Assembly (NCBI GenBank): GCA_013265495.1
Contig: MU058065.1
Location: forward strand, 3,389,003-3,453,002
Length of the DNA: 64,000 nt
Source of the DNA: Vicugna vicugna
Taxonomy: Eukaryota
Direction: 5' to 3'
In this document: piece by piece, positions 1-13,751 of the stretch
How the letters are laid out: each line of letters opens with the position of its first letter
Position numbering within the stretch: the first letter of the stretch is position 1
Notes under the pieces: generated by a model
Databases searched by the model: none
Told to the model about the DNA's origin: nothing
The model's input: the letters and a program-made list of their open reading frames with translations, nothing else
Program-made: the position numbers and the translations under genes

Positions 1-3000
1 GGAGGAAAAAAGGCAGCCCCATGACACAGGACGCTACATGCAGGCTCCTGTAGGTCTGGATTTCTGTTTTGTTTTACACAAAGTCTGAGGTCCTTGAGTC
101 CTCGGCGAATTCAGAGAATAAGTTAAATGTGTTTGGCAAATATTCGTTCTGTGCCGAGGATGACTCAGTCCATGCTGGGTGCCAAGAATATTCAGATGAG
201 CGAGGCCTGATGCCTGGAGGTGGTAAGTGGGTACCAAAAAGTATAAATTGAGGGAATTCATTTTTAAAGGACCAACATTGTCTTGGAAGCCTTGAAAAAG
301 GCCAAGTGCTTTTTATACTTAAGCGGAAAAAAAAATGACCTTGGAAATTGCAGGAATATTAACTGTATTTGACACTGCTGGCTGCCTACCAAGTACACAT
401 TGCTTTCTTTCTCTTCTGTAAGGGGTTCCCGATTTTATGATTTTATTCCAGCATCTCCACCTCCCCTACAAGGCCTGTGACCCAGGGGAGGCTGACACTG
501 CCCTTGGCTCCAGAGTAACATCTGGATTCATGGGTGAGCTAGAAGTTCATCTCTCTTCCAGGATAAACTTTACTTCTGAGTGAATTCAGAGGAGAGAGAA
601 TGGCAATAGATCTGTCCTAAAAAGACAATGTTGCACAAAATGAATTAAATAAGGAATGTGTACTTCCACCTCTCTGCCAAGGTATTATACTATGGTTGGA
701 TTTGCAAAACAAGGTCAAGGCACTGTGATGAATGAATTAGTGACCAACCCCTCCCTCCCTCCTTCTCCCTGTCTCTCATAATCGAACCCGAGGACTAATC
801 TCTGCACGTTCTGTTTTACAAATGTACATCCAACAGGCCCGACCTTGGGGCAAACCCTGTGAAGACACCTTTTTTATGTAAAGATGGGTTATTATAATAC
901 ACCAGTTACCAGGAACACCTGGTAATCTCTCCTGCTTTGAAGCTTTATGAGAAATACTTTTGCCAAACTTTGACAAGGCTCAGCCCCTCCCTCATGTCAT
1001 TTCATGGTACTCAAGTGTTATATGACATTATAAAGCCTCAGTGACAACCATTTCCCTACCCTAGAGATCTAACTGAAACCAAGTTCAATATCTTCATCCT
1101 AGTAAATAATTGAAAAGACTGTTAAAGATGACAGCAAACTGCTTTAGTGTTACTTATTGCTAATTAATATCTTTAGACATGCTTTTTATAATCTTTTTTT
1201 TTGAGTGGAGAGCTAAATATTCTCTAAATCTTCTTAGAGACAAAAAGCAAAGATGAAATTAAAAATATCAGCACATATATAGGCTTGCCAAAGGATTTTT
1301 TTTAAGATAACATGTCTGTATATGTAATTAAATAGCTTGAGAGCCAATACTTCTGCCAAATCCTTAGGAATTATATGTACCCAAATAAAGCAGTTAAGTA
1401 CTTGTCTTTTCAGAATAAGAATCTAGGTTTCCCTTTAGGAAATCTCAGTGTGTATTATTTCAATATATTTTTGGCAATAACAAGAATTTCAGCTCCAGTG
1501 CAAGTATTGGTCCCACCGGGAATAATTCGAGGGAGAAGAAACTGGGGTTAAAAATAGCAATGGTAGGTAAAGTGAATGGCAGATAAGTGATAAAGCTGAA
1601 AGACAGGGAATCAAGACCCAGAACAAAGCACCTACGTTCTATAGAATCGGCCACTCACAAGGGGTCGAGAGCCCAGGCAGTGGGGCTGTGTTTCTGGGGC
1701 ATGGACTCAGAAGGCAGTGGTTAGCAGCTGATTTTTTTCAACAAAGGACCAGGAAAGCACTGAATATTCAGATGGGTGGAGCGCTCGTTTTAGAATTAAA
1801 ATACTTCTTAGTAAGTCAGTCATCTGTCGCAAAGCCAAACAGGATGTTTCCAGTAAACGAGATGATAAGATGGAAATTACCCACAGAACCCATAGAGTTA
1901 ATACTAACTGCAAAGTGTCACTGATACCCTCATTTGTATATTTTATTTACTGGTTTATTTTCCTGAAAGTTGAAAACAAAATGTTCTCCCAAGTAGGGGG
2001 AAAAAAACCAAACAAAACTCATGATCTCAGTCTCCCAGTGCCATCTTTCCCTTTTGGTTATAAATTTCTCAAGTGCACATTCTCCTAAAATGGGGATTTT
2101 GGTAACTAAACCTTTGCGTGGGGGAAGAGCTGCTCTATTTTGCTGGTGCCGGAATATTCCACGTTCTCTGCAAGGCTGCCTTCAATGCATAACTAAATCA
2201 GGACAGAGAGGGAGCCATGCAGACTGACTGTGGGATGAAGACGAAAAGGCTGTGAATGTGACTTCTTGACTCAGCCCCGCCCCATAACAGCTGAACTGTG
2301 TTTTGTTTTCTAAACACACAAGGAGTCCTAAACGCAAAGGAAATTTGGCCAGGTCAGCGCCACTGGCCGTAATGAGGGCTGACCCAGACAGCAGAGGAAA
2401 GAATGCCCAGCAGACTTGGCATCTGGCCCGGCTTTTGAGCTTTCAAAGGGAGAATACAAGAAACAGCTTTTAGCCAAAACAATGTGTGCCCTTGGGGAAG
2501 TCAGTTCGCCTCTCTCAACCTCAATGGCCTCAGGTGCAAAGGGTGGAGTAGGATTCGTTCAGCTGCTTTTCAATATACCAAGCCAAAATTTAAGGAGGGA
2601 AGGCCCATTACATAGAGTGTTACTCCAGGACCTATTAGATAAAAGAAGATTGAAAGTCTGTGCTAATTGTTTGAAAGTGATGAGGGGCCCAGGGAACCCC
2701 TATTTCAGGCCAGGCCAACCCCCAAGCCCCAAGTTTTTCTCTGGAATATCCCCTCAGAGCAGTTCAGTAATCAGTTTGAAAACCACTGACTTGAATCTCT
2801 ACCAGACCTCACATACCACCTTCAGCCTTGAGCACACAGGCTAGAGGCATTCTCACCTCTAAGGGCTTTAAAGGACTTGATACACTCTAGGCCAAATGTC
2901 ATTGCAAGGTCATATTACGTATCTCCATTTTTTTTTTTTTTCTGATTAGAGTGGTAAGTATTCTTCCAAAGGTCAAGTTTGAGATCTGCGCTATCTCAGC

Positions 3001-3261
3001 AGAGCCAGAAGGAGTTCTGTCTGGGAGGGTGATGTCTGTAGCTCCAAGCAGTGCACTTTAATTAGAAGCAAGTAGAAGGAACTCATTCTCTAGGACTGAG
3101 AGAGATCAAATCTACGCACAGGACAGCCCAGTCTCACTTAAACATAATTTTAAGGCTCAAGGCTCTTTTATAGAACACAACAAACAGCAGCACTGCCTTC
3201 ACCCTGGCTTTGCTTCGGGGAAGTTTTACAGCTGGATGAAACAGAAGCAGGTGAGCCCAGC

Positions 3262-3385
3262 GGGGGAGGGCATAGCTCAGGGGTAGAGTTCTTGCCTGGC
3301 ATGCGCAAGGTCCTGGGTTCGATCCCTAGTACCTCTATTTAGATAAATAAGTAAATAAACCTGGTTCCCGCCCCCTAATAAAATA
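3262..3385 (+). mobile_element. Camelid-type tRNA-derived SINE (Vic-1-like)
   Basis: GGGGGAGGGCATAGCTCAGGGGTAGAG (A box) ... GGTTCGATCCC (B box), followed by an A-rich tail. Similar to the copies at 46224 and 54092. Confidence 0.85.
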
Positions 3386-3529
3386 GATTTTACAGAAGTG
3401 AACAGATCCAGAGAGAAGAGCCCGGGAAGAGGGGCAGAGCCGGTGGTAGGAAAACGGACTCTGGAGGGAGTGTGTTGGACTGACGTCATGCTGCTCCAAC
3501 ACTCACTATCTCACACCAATGACACAACT

Positions 3530-3660
3530 TCCCCGGGCCTCAGTTTCCCCTTCTGCAAATGGGAATAATAATAGTACATACCCCATAGGGATGCTGGGAT
3601 GATTAAATCAGAGGTTCTTGGTGGTGTGTGCAAAGCCCTCAGGTCAGAGGCTGGCAGAGG
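3530..3660 (+). mobile_element. MIR SINE fragment
   Basis: Core motif CCTCAGTTTCCCCTTCTGCAAATGGGAATAATAATAGTAC. Confidence 0.75.
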
Positions 3661-5923
3661 AACATTGGACTAAGACCTAGCTGGTGGCCACGAATGTCCT
3701 GAAAGGCAGTAGACTCGGGACTGAGACTCTACATTGCCTTGCTCTCTGACTCTCTTGCTCTGCATATATTCATCCAGAATTTCTAATCTAGAGCCTAGAG
3801 ATTACGAAGGGCAAATCTAAGCAACGTGATGCCTCTTTCAACAGAGCCTACACTTCACAAGGTTCTGGTCCTGCTACCTCTCTCTGAGAGACTAGGATTT
3901 GGTTGGCATGCCATTACACACAGAGAGATGGAATATTTGTAAAATAAACACCGTAAGCTGTTGTACGACACCAACTAGCATGTTAACACACCAATTACAA
4001 ACCAAGCGATGCCCAATGTTTTTAAAAAGATTTTTAAACAGCAAATCTCTTCTAGACAGTGGCCATGTCTACATAGACCATTTTCACTGTTTACACTTTA
4101 ATGATGGAAGACTGACAATAAACAAGACGATTTCATTTCTCACCAAATGCTATGATGAGATTAAAACAGGATCAAGTGATAATCAAGTGACATGTGTGTG
4201 TTGGGGGATGCTCTCCAAGGAAGAGTCATTTGAGCCAAGCCCGGGATGGGGAGATGAGTTGGTTCCTTTGGGGTCTGTGGGTTCGCAGGAACCAGGATTG
4301 TGTGCTGAGACACGGTGGGTGAAAAAGAGAGGTACATGGGAGATGAAGTTAAGAGCAGGCGCTAGATCAAGCCACGGTTTGGGATCTAGGCTGGAAGTAA
4401 ATCCCTGGAAGATTTCAATTAAGAGCATAATTTTGAACTCTGGCAAGACTAAAACAAATTTTGGCTCAGAAACAGTGGGCAGAAGCCCTTCTTTAATTCC
4501 TTTGTCTTTTAATTTCTTCAGCTTAGGGGAGAAAAAGCATTAACCAGCAGGGCTGAACTTAAAAGCCACTGCGGGGGGAGCCCCGTTGTTTGCCCGCTGA
4601 TACAGACACATGTTTTCTTGAATTTACGTCTCTTTACTAATATGCTTCCTTCACTTTTAATTACTCTTACTTATTTAGTTTTTAAGTTTAGGAAATCAAA
4701 ACTTTCCAACGTGTAAAGAAAATTAAATGATGATAACTTAGGACACCTAAGGAAGACTGACAGTGTCCCTTGAAGGGGAGATTAGAAGGACTGAGAATGT
4801 ACAAGGGCATCCCCTTTCATCTTGCAGTCCAGATAGGATTACGAGCTGGGTGATCTGAGATGTCTGCTCAGAGCTCGGGTGATTAAAATTTCAGGATGGT
4901 GAGACTGAAAGTCAATAAAATGGAAGGACAACTTCTTCGAATAAAAGAGCTTGAAAGGGAATTGCACGCTAATCACTTTCATCTGCTTAGTTGGCATTTG
5001 CTGAGATCCCTCAGTCTGGGTCCAAGACCAAGAGGGAGGCTGGGAAGGGCTGAACCGAATGTGGCTTTTATTTACAGCGGAGTTTTCATTGTAGCCTTTT
5101 CTGCAATTAGAGCTTTGTTTTCCTACTGATCATCCATCGGGTTGCAGCTCCTCCTCTCAAAGTCTGACACCTTCTTTTCCTTTTCATCAAGGACCAGCTC
5201 TCACATTGGGCACCACCAGAAAGGGTGAACCAGGATGAGGACTGCAAAATTCTTTGCTCTAGGGCAGCAGCGATGCCTGACCTGAATCTAGAAACGGAAC
5301 TTACAACTCGATATAACCCAGCCTCATCATCACTGTTAGAGCTCTGTGCCCAAACACACAATATCTGCTGAGGAAGAAATCTAGGGATGGGGTGGTGGGT
5401 AGGACAGCGATTTACAGAGACTAGGGACGTGGCCTCTGCTGGGAGAATTCCCTCCACGGGCAATAAATGTGACAGGAGTCGAACAGAAAGAACTGTTCCC
5501 ATTTTTAGAGGGGGTGGGAGAACCAGCTGCCTTCTAAATTCTCAAAATGTCTTAAGAACTTGAATGTTTTTCAAAACATTTTGGATCCACTAAAACCTGA
5601 AACACATTGTGTCAAACATTCTTCCACTTAATCGTTAAGCCCTTGTGTGTTCAGGCGGATTTTTGGTGCAGATGTTTCTGATTCATTTATATTAACTTAT
5701 CAAAATGACATTTGGAAGAGCCAGAGGATGTTCAAGAAGGAGTCTTGTAAACTTGGGTTCATTCGTTTTAATCCAGGAATTCCACCCCCTGCCCCAAAGC
5801 ACATACACAGAATTCAGAACTTGGAAGAGTTCATTCAGTTCTACTGTAACCTGGCAGCGTGAACTCTCAGCCATTCCTACTGCCCTTCAAAAGGCATGAT
5901 CTAAAGCCTTAAAAGGCACCACC

Positions 5924-6229
5924 CAAAAATGGGCAAACAGGGTAAAAGGTATAAACTTCTTTCTAGTAATAAAATAAATAAGTCATGGGGACGCACCACA
6001 TGGCGACTATAGTTAATAATACCATAACTGCATATTTGAAAGTTGCTAAGAGAGTAAAACAACACAAGAAAAAAATTCTGTAACTATGTATGGCGACGGG
6101 TATTAACCAGATTTATTGTGGTAATCACTTTGCAATACAGACAAATATCCAAACACTACGTTGTACACCTGAAGTTAATATAATGTTCTCTGTCCCTTAT
6201 ACCTCAATTAATTTTTTTCTTCCTTTTTA
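5924..6229 (+). mobile_element. 5'-truncated L1 (L1MA-like) 3' end with TSD
   Basis: L1MA 3'UTR motifs (GACTATAGTTAATAATAC...TTGAAAGTTGCTAAGAGAGTA...TTGTACACCTGAA). Identical 13-bp TSD AAAAGGCACCACC at 5911-5923 and 6230-6242. Confidence 0.85.
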
Positions 6230-7739
6230 AAAAGGCACCACCAAAATGTAAGAAAGCTATTCAGGTACATAGAAGTTTTCTCCTTGGTGACCTTTTACAT
6301 ACAAAGATTTAAAGACAAGCATCTAAATCAAAGACAAAGCTGAAGTCTGACTAGTTTGCCAACTAAAGTCAAGGAGATTTTATCCAAAGGCTGTCCTGCT
6401 TCCATCCTATGTGTTAATCTGGGCTCTACATGGACACAAAAGCTTTAGCTTGGAGTTTTCTTTATCCAGGGTCATTGTGTTAGTAGACGTGCATGTACAT
6501 GGAGAAGAAGGAGGAAGCAGAAAGCTATCTTTGTGCCACTCCATCCTCACTTCTTAAATCCAGCCTCTGCTTTTCAGAGGTCTCAAGGAATCCAAGATGG
6601 TAAAGGTACTTCAGAAAGATTTCCCTTTCTTGATCCCTCTCCCCCTCTCCCCTGGGCACTGTCATGGGGCGTGGCGGTGGGCATCAGAGGCAAAGCAGGG
6701 AGGGGACAGATCAGGGTGGGGGGGGGACAGACAGAAGGGGGAGGACATTCTGCTGAGAGGGTCTCCCTCCCTCCACACTTCTAAGCCTTGTCTACTCAGC
6801 ACACTCTTGGGAGGTTTCATCAATTTCCGTCACGTTTTCAGACCATAGTTCCCTTTGGAAGGCTAGCTCTGAGCAAGTTTAAAGCCACTGGTCACAAAAA
6901 CAAACTTAGGAAAAGCTTTGAAAATTGTGTGCACACACATAAAAGAAGATTAAGAAGAAAGCCATGCTGGGTCAGAACAATGGTCCTTCCCACCCAGCCT
7001 ACCTCTGGCCCCTGATTTCCTTGTGCCCTGTGGATGCTGCTCTTGCTTTAGTTTGTTCCCACTTTTAATGTTTTTAGTTAAATGTTTGGGCATTTTTATA
7101 TTGCTTTTTTTCCCCGGATTATCTGATTGTCATGTGTTATTTTTCTGTTGAACACAGTTCACTCCAGAACACGTGGGGGTTTGAATACTATGTAAAAGCA
7201 AAGTAAATTACCCATTATTCCAACCCTGACTCAGCCCCTCTGAATATCTACAATGGTCTCTCTCCGCTCCTATGCCCAAGTGTGATGGCCTGTATTTTCA
7301 CAAGACTGAGATTCCACTGAATCTTAAAATTTTGTGTTATTTATTATATTCTGAGCATTTCCTGAGGGCCTTAAACATTATTTTAGATCATGATTTTGGT
7401 CAAGCTTGAGCATTTAATTTTTCGTTCCACCTTTATGCACTCTGTCACTTTCTCACTCACCCATTCTCGTGGCAGATCCCAGCGCAGACCAGGACCACAA
7501 ACACGTCCGCAGGTCAGGTGAGCAGGAGCCTTATCACCCAAGAAACCTCTTTTCACAGTTCCCGCCCATTCCCGCTGGAGCTCCCAGAGGTACCAGTCCA
7601 CGGATGCTGTCGCACCTGAAGTCACTTATGTAAGCCGCACCATACCACGCCTGACCCACAGTATGTGCTCAATAAACGGTAGTTGTATTTGCATGGTTTT
7701 TGTTAACAGTGTAAGTAATAAAGTGTCAGGAGTGTCTAG

Positions 7740-8130
7740 TTACAGTAGAGCACAGAGGAGGGAAAGAAGATTTAAAAAACAAGGACATCACAGAGGGAGA
7801 AAAGCAAGCTGTCCTGGAAGAAGACTGGAACTGTGACAAAAAGAGAAAGTGAAGAGGGACATCCCAGCTGAAGGGAACAGCATGCGGAGAGGTATGGAAG
7901 CAGCAAGGCACAGTGTTCCGAGAACAGGACACAGTCCAGTACGGCTAAGTGTAAGGTACATAACAGGGGGGTTGTACGTAGCAAGCCTAGAAGGGAAAAC
8001 CAGAGCCAGAGACGGGAGTCCTGAAGGCGGTAATGCCGAGGTTGCATTCACCACGTGGGTAATGGGGAGCCACTGAGTGTCTGAGCTGGGAAGGGACGTA
8101 ATCAGAGACGTGCTCTAAGCTTGCATTCTT
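7740..8130 (-). mobile_element. L2 LINE fragment
   Basis: Degenerate L2-like sequence (CATCCCAGCTGAAGGGAACAGCATGCGGAGAGG...AATGGGGAGCCACTGAG). Confidence 0.55.
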
Positions 8131-8973
8131 GTCATTTCTCTGCGATTTCCCATCTTTTTCAGATTGAAGTGTATCTAAGGAGAGGTCACAGACATGCTGC
8201 AACACCTCTGTGAAACCACTTCTCGTGCTGAGCGCTTAGAGGGTCTTGCACACAACCTGCCTCAGCCTTACACAGCCTCGCAGCCCGGATGAGCCTCCTA
8301 CGCTCCATTTTACATCCGTAATAAAAGCCGGGTGCTCCCATGGCCTCCGTGGGCCATCATGGAAGATGAGGGAAGCTTGGTTTCTGTTCTTGGCCTCGGC
8401 TTTGCCATGTGGGATCTGATGATACAGCTATTTAGCAAGAAACCACAGGAACAAAAACAATTTGATGAAACCCAGAAAAAGTGAGTTCTTTCATGGAAGG
8501 CAAGGCAATGCCGCAGGCTGTGCTGAGACCCATCCTGAACAAACCCTCGCGCTCCGGGCTTCAGCTCTGTCACCAAGCGGCGCATGTGTCAGATGCCTCC
8601 TCCGCAAATGGGGACCACGGTTCCTGCACCGAAGGACACAGAGCTCACTGCAAATACCCAAGTGGGGAAAATGTGGTTCTCATTTCTTTTCATGGAACAC
8701 AACTTCCAGAAAGCGCTATGTGACCAGAACTGATGACCCTGATGTGTCAGAGATGGTCAGAGAGAGATGGGTTTGCAGCCCTGATAAGGAAGGGAACCAG
8801 ACCAAGTTACACAATGAGGTGTCTCTGCCTGCTTCCAGGAGGTGCTGATGAAGCAGGGAGAGCACGGACCGGAAGGTCGAGGAGAGGAAAAGAAAGTTTG
8901 GGGTCCTCACAGCCCTCATTTCAGAATGGTAGACAGAGGTCCACATATGCAAAGCCTTGCCCAGTGCTACATG

Positions 8974-9011
8974 CACACACACACACACACACACACCCCC
9001 ACGCACACACA
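8974..9011 (+). repeat. (CA)n microsatellite
   Basis: CACACACACACACACACACACAC followed by interrupted CA units. Confidence 0.95.
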
Positions 9012-9159
9012 TGCTTCCTTCTCCCATCCCCCCCTTCTATGCTGGGATGGAAACCTGCCATACTAAACCACACGAGTGGAAATCACAAGTCCTTGACTCA
9101 TTGTCTGAAGTGGAGGCTACTCTGGTTAAAATAATTTCATCATCACCCATGTCCTGATC

Positions 9160-9308
9160 CTTTAGAGTGTGGTCCCCTGACCCAAAGCATGGGCATCACT
9201 TGTTAGAAGTTTAGAAACCCAAGCCCACCCCAGACCTGGGGAGTCACTGGGAATTTTAAGCAAATTCCCCAGGTGATTTGCAGGCATATTAAAGTTTGAG
9301 AAGCACTA
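9160..9308. mobile_element. MER5-like hAT-Charlie MITE
   Basis: GTGTGGTCCCCTGACC...CCCCAGGTGATT...AAAGTTTGAGAAGCACT. Confidence 0.7.
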
Positions 9309-9419
9309 ATCCACATCTCACGAGAACCATAAAATGGGTGGATGTACTAAGATTTGATTATGCTCTCTGGGCCTATGTCTGCCTGAAAGCAGAAACTAAA
9401 CATGCAAAGTCACTCAGTA

Positions 9420-9655
9420 AAGACTAGGCAAATCCAGAGAGAGGGACAGCAAGTGGACTGGTGGTTGCCTAGGGCTGGAGCTGAGGTGGGGAGAAAGGGG
9501 GAGGGGCTGCTAGTGGGTATGAGCTTCTTTTTAGGATGATAAAAAAATGCTCTAAAATTGACTGTGGTGATAGTTGCACAACTCTGTGAATATACTAAAA
9601 ACCATTTAAATAGGTGATTTGCATGGCATGTGAATTATATCTCAAGAAAGCCTTA
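9420..9655 (+). mobile_element. Old L1 (L1MB/ME-like) 3'UTR fragment
   Basis: GTGGTTGCCTAGGGCTGG...GTGGTGATAGTTGCACAACTCTGTGAATATACTAAAA...GTGAATTATATCTCAA. Confidence 0.8.
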
Positions 9656-11407
9656 AGAGCCTTAGAAATACCAAACTGAACGTTTCTGACTTCTGACTGC
9701 AAACCAGACCACCTACAGAACCAGGTCTTGAAGGCTACCTCCGATGAGAGACTGTTCTATCGTCCCAGGGTGGTGGGACTTAAGGGGCATAATAAGGAAC
9801 AGTTTCTTCCAACAGAGAGGTGATGAAATGGTCACTGGCTCTTAAAACATACAAGATTCCATGATGCCTTTAGCCCCAGGCCACCAGGGTCCATGCCCTG
9901 GACTTTGTGATTCAGACACCCCTCTCTGACCCTCCTCTAGCTGTGTCCTTCCTCACAGAGCAAGGGAAGATGTTCAGTCTTCTAGATCATTCTCCAGGCA
10001 CCTAGTACCCCAGCATTCCCCACCCAAATGCCAGAGCCTGCACACAGGGTCTGAGCGGGTCTCTCCCCCAGGTCTGTCCTCCTTGCGGCAGACGAGAGCC
10101 CCGGTGTGCTCTCCCCCGACCTGAGGGCTGGCCATCGGAGAGGAAGGCAGAAGGAACCAGGGCACATGGAGAGTCCACTGTGCAGTCCCAGGCGGGTGAC
10201 AGGATGGCTTCCTGACTTCACTGCACGCCAGCGTGGAACTCTGTGAGTCTGAGAATTTCAACTAGGAACCTAGCTTTCCAGATCACATGAAGATTTATAT
10301 GTTAAGTAGGAGGTCAAAACGTAATATATGTAATGCTTTGTTAGCTTCATAAATATCTTTAAAATAGTTCAACCAATAAAATCTGTCTCCGTTTGTGCAC
10401 TGGCCCTAAAACCCTGCAATTTTAAAGATCGATTTTTTTTTCCTTCTAAGTTTGTGAAGAAATGAGTGAGTATTTTTGATCTTCTCTCCATCATGTCATA
10501 GTTAATGAATATTATTCATTAAAGACCAGCCCATCTTTTCATAACTTTATACATAATAAATACTGAGGATTTATTTTTGCTCCAAAAGAGTACAGGAAGT
10601 TTGGGATAAAAAGCATCTTAAATGTGTTTAATGTATGCTTCATATTTGCTTCATGTATGCCTCATATTTGCAAAACATGGTAGTTAAAAAAAAAACAGGA
10701 GATAAAGAACGATGGAAAAAAAACACTGAATATTTTACAACATTAAGAAAGTTTAGATCCTCCTGGGCTACTTCTAAAAGATGGAAAAGCAAATCCTCAA
10801 GAAAAGAAAAGAGGCAAGCTGCTGGAGAGTTTTTGTTTGTTTGTTAGTGTTAATAACAGAAATACAGTTGAAATGGAACTTCAGGGAGGGAATGAACTTA
10901 ATGAGCTTAACTATGAGAGTTTAAAGCCACTATCATGGCTGTTTGATTCTTCTGGACAAATTGGTGACAGAATCCTAGGAGTGGCAATTCTGTTCTTGTC
11001 ACATGTGACCCACAATTTGAGCAGGAGAAGCAACCTTATTTACTCGCATAATATTCTGCTTTTGGAATTATTTTTATTCCCTGTGCACTGTGAAGCCGAG
11101 GCCAAGCTCACGACTTTCCTTTGCCCTCCTGTGAGCATACAGATGTCACCCAAGCCAGGGGCCAACCAAATGGACTCCCGCTCAGACATATTTCCAGAAC
11201 AGGCTCCTCTATCCCTTATGCCTTCCCCCATCATCTGGATTCCTTGTGGGAACGCTGCGGCTTTTTCTTTGTAGTGAGGATTAAGTTTAAAATGCAACAA
11301 TTTGTATAGCATATGCTTCAAAATTTCAATCATTTTTGGAAACCAGGGTGGTAGGGGAGATGGGGAAAAGGATCTCAGATAAGACTGTGAATTTGTAACT
11401 TGCCATA

Positions 11408-11595
11408 CAGCTGCACTGCCCAATATGGTAGCCATATGTGGCTGTTTAAATTTAAATTTAATTAGACAAAAATTCCAGTTCCTCAGTTGTACCAGTCACA
11501 TTTCAAGTGCTCAACAGCCCCATGTGACTAATGGCTACCAACTGAGACGAGCACAGAGACAGAAACCTTCCTGTCTTTGTAGAAAGTTCTACGGG
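11408..11595. mobile_element. MER3-like hAT-Charlie MITE
   Basis: CTGCCCAATATGGTAGCCATATGTGGCT...CACATTTCAAGTGCTCAACAGCC...GGCTACC. Confidence 0.75.
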
Positions 11596-11989
11596 CTGAG
11601 CTGAACCGGGAGAGCTTTCATGTTTTCTCCGCGGTCCCATCAAGCCTTCCTTCACTGACTCTCGTTGGTACTATGGTTTCTTTCATTGCCACATTTTTGC
11701 AAGTTAAAGCAATTTATTCTTAAAAGTAGACAGTACGATACACAATCTACACAGCTTCGCACTTGCAGGGCTTTGTGAATGTACTAAACACCACCGAACT
11801 GTGCATTAAAAGGGTGAATTCTGTGACATGGGAATTACATCTCCATTTAAAAAAAAGAAAGCTTAATTGATAAATCTCAAGTAATAATTTCATAAATCCA
11901 TCTTGTCAAGTATCACAGAACAATCAAAATGATCTCATTCAAATACCAAACAGAACCAATTCACTTCTAAAAACAAGTGGACAACATTT

Positions 11990-12485
11990 GCCCTCCAACG
12001 GATCCTCCTTGCACTCAGAATAAAGTCCAGATGCATGACCACAACCAAGGGCCTGAGATCCAAGAGCCATTCCTCTTTCCTACGTCTCTGCCCACCTCCC
12101 TTGTGTGCACCCAGCCACCTGGCCTTCGTTTACGACCTGTTCCTCTCTAGTGTGCTGGGAAGGCTCTATCCTCTGTATGGAGCATATCTTTGCCTGGCTG
12201 GCTCCTTCTAGTCTCTGAGATGCTGGCCCCTCAGAGTCTACCCTAAGAGATGCTTTCTCTGGCCACCTTCTCTGTGGCTGCACTGCACAACTCTGTGCCA
12301 TCTTCTTCATGGCTTGAGAGTCTCTTACTCTTGGACCTGTTTGCTTGCCTGCACTGGACCGCAAGCTCCTTGAAGGCAGGAAGTCTGATCCCCACCTTCC
12401 TGTGGAAACCCTTGCATCCAGCACAGTGGCCATGTTCCGCCCACCACGTAGCAAGCACCCAATAAACACTTGTTGAGTGAGCAGA
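11990..12485 (+). mobile_element. L2 LINE 3' end
   Basis: CTCAGAATAAAGTCCAG...AAGCTCCTTGAAGGCAGG...CAATAAACACTTGTTGAGTGA. Confidence 0.75.
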
Positions 12486-13383
12486 CAGAGAAACAAAGAG
12501 CCTTCAACACACACTCTGGATGGAAGGGGCCTTAAAACCACCCAGAAGTTCATGATGAGCCCTGAAGGAGCTGTACAATATGTACACATCTGGATCCCAC
12601 TTCTAGAGTCTGATTTACTAAGTCTGGAGGGAGGCTGAAATTAGCTTATTTTTTAAAAAGCTCCACTGCTTAGTTTGATCACCTCACTTCCAGAGGCGGT
12701 AACTGGGGCTCAGACATGCCTGAGTTTCTGGTTAGTCCAGCAAAAAGTCTTGTCAAATCTAAGGGGCTCAATTCTCCAGGAACAGATCCCACTACACGGT
12801 CCCTGTGAAACCTCTGTGGTTCACACTAAGGAGAAATCTAGGCTGAATCACAGATGGTAACAGACCAGCTCAAAGTTTATCGCAAAATCATGTTAGCCCT
12901 GAGCTCCCTCCTTCCTCTCCCAAGCTCCCCTCGTGTCACGGCTCCCGTCTGGGCAGAGAGCTGTAGGCCCTTTCACCTTGGCTGTCTTCTCCAGGGTTCA
13001 ACCCCAACAGAAAGATACAAAACACTGAATATCCGAACACCAGCATCAGGAGCAGCCTCCACCCAGGTCTCCCTGGGGTGTCTGTTCTCTTATCTCTGTT
13101 AGAAAGATAAAAACCACCCGGTTCTTCTCTCTTTATCTCTAGACACTGGCAGGTTAGGGAGAACACATCCTGATTTGCATTGGCAAAGAGACAGATGTGA
13201 AGAAGAAAAGGTCTCATTTCTGGAAGTCCCAAAGGGACTTCCTCATGACCGATGAAGGTTAAATGGTAGTGTTAGAAGAAGATGATTGCAAAATGCATGC
13301 ACTTAAAAAAAAAAAAAGACGAAAAGCCTCTGGCAATCTCATCAAAAGAGGGAGGACAGTACCGTGATAAAGAACTTGGATTT

Positions 13384-13751
13384 CTGTGGTTGCGGGGTTG
13401 GGGGACAGATTAGGAGTTTGGGATTAGCAGGTACACATTACTATATATAAAACAGATAAACAACATGGACCTACTGTATAGAGCAGGGAACTATAGTCAG
13501 TTTGTTATAATGAGCTGTAATGGAAAAGAAACTGAAAAAAATATATATACATGTATGCATGTCTATGTATAACTGAATTGCTTTGCTGTACACCAGAAAC
13601 TAACATTGTAAATCGACTACACTTCAATACAAAAATAAGAATAAAAAAATCTTAAGCATTCTCACCACGAAACAAATAAAGTAACTAAGTGAGGTGACAG
13701 CAGTTAATTAGTGTGATTGTGGTAATAATTTCCCAAAATGAAAAAAAAAAA
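13384..13751 (+). mobile_element. Cetartiodactyl-type L1 3' end plus extra ~90-bp tail and second poly(A), inserted in a MIR
   Basis: GGGATTAGCAGGTACACATTACTATATATAAAACAGATAAACAAC...GCTGTACACCAGAAACTAAC. TSD-like AAAGAACTTGGATTT (13369-13383) / AAAGAACTTGGGTTT (13752-13766). Confidence 0.8.

Noticed and set aside
3899..4543. Longest ORF in the track (214 aa)
   Set aside because: TTG start, no recognisable domain, antisense within an intron, and partly overlapping degenerate L2-like sequence.
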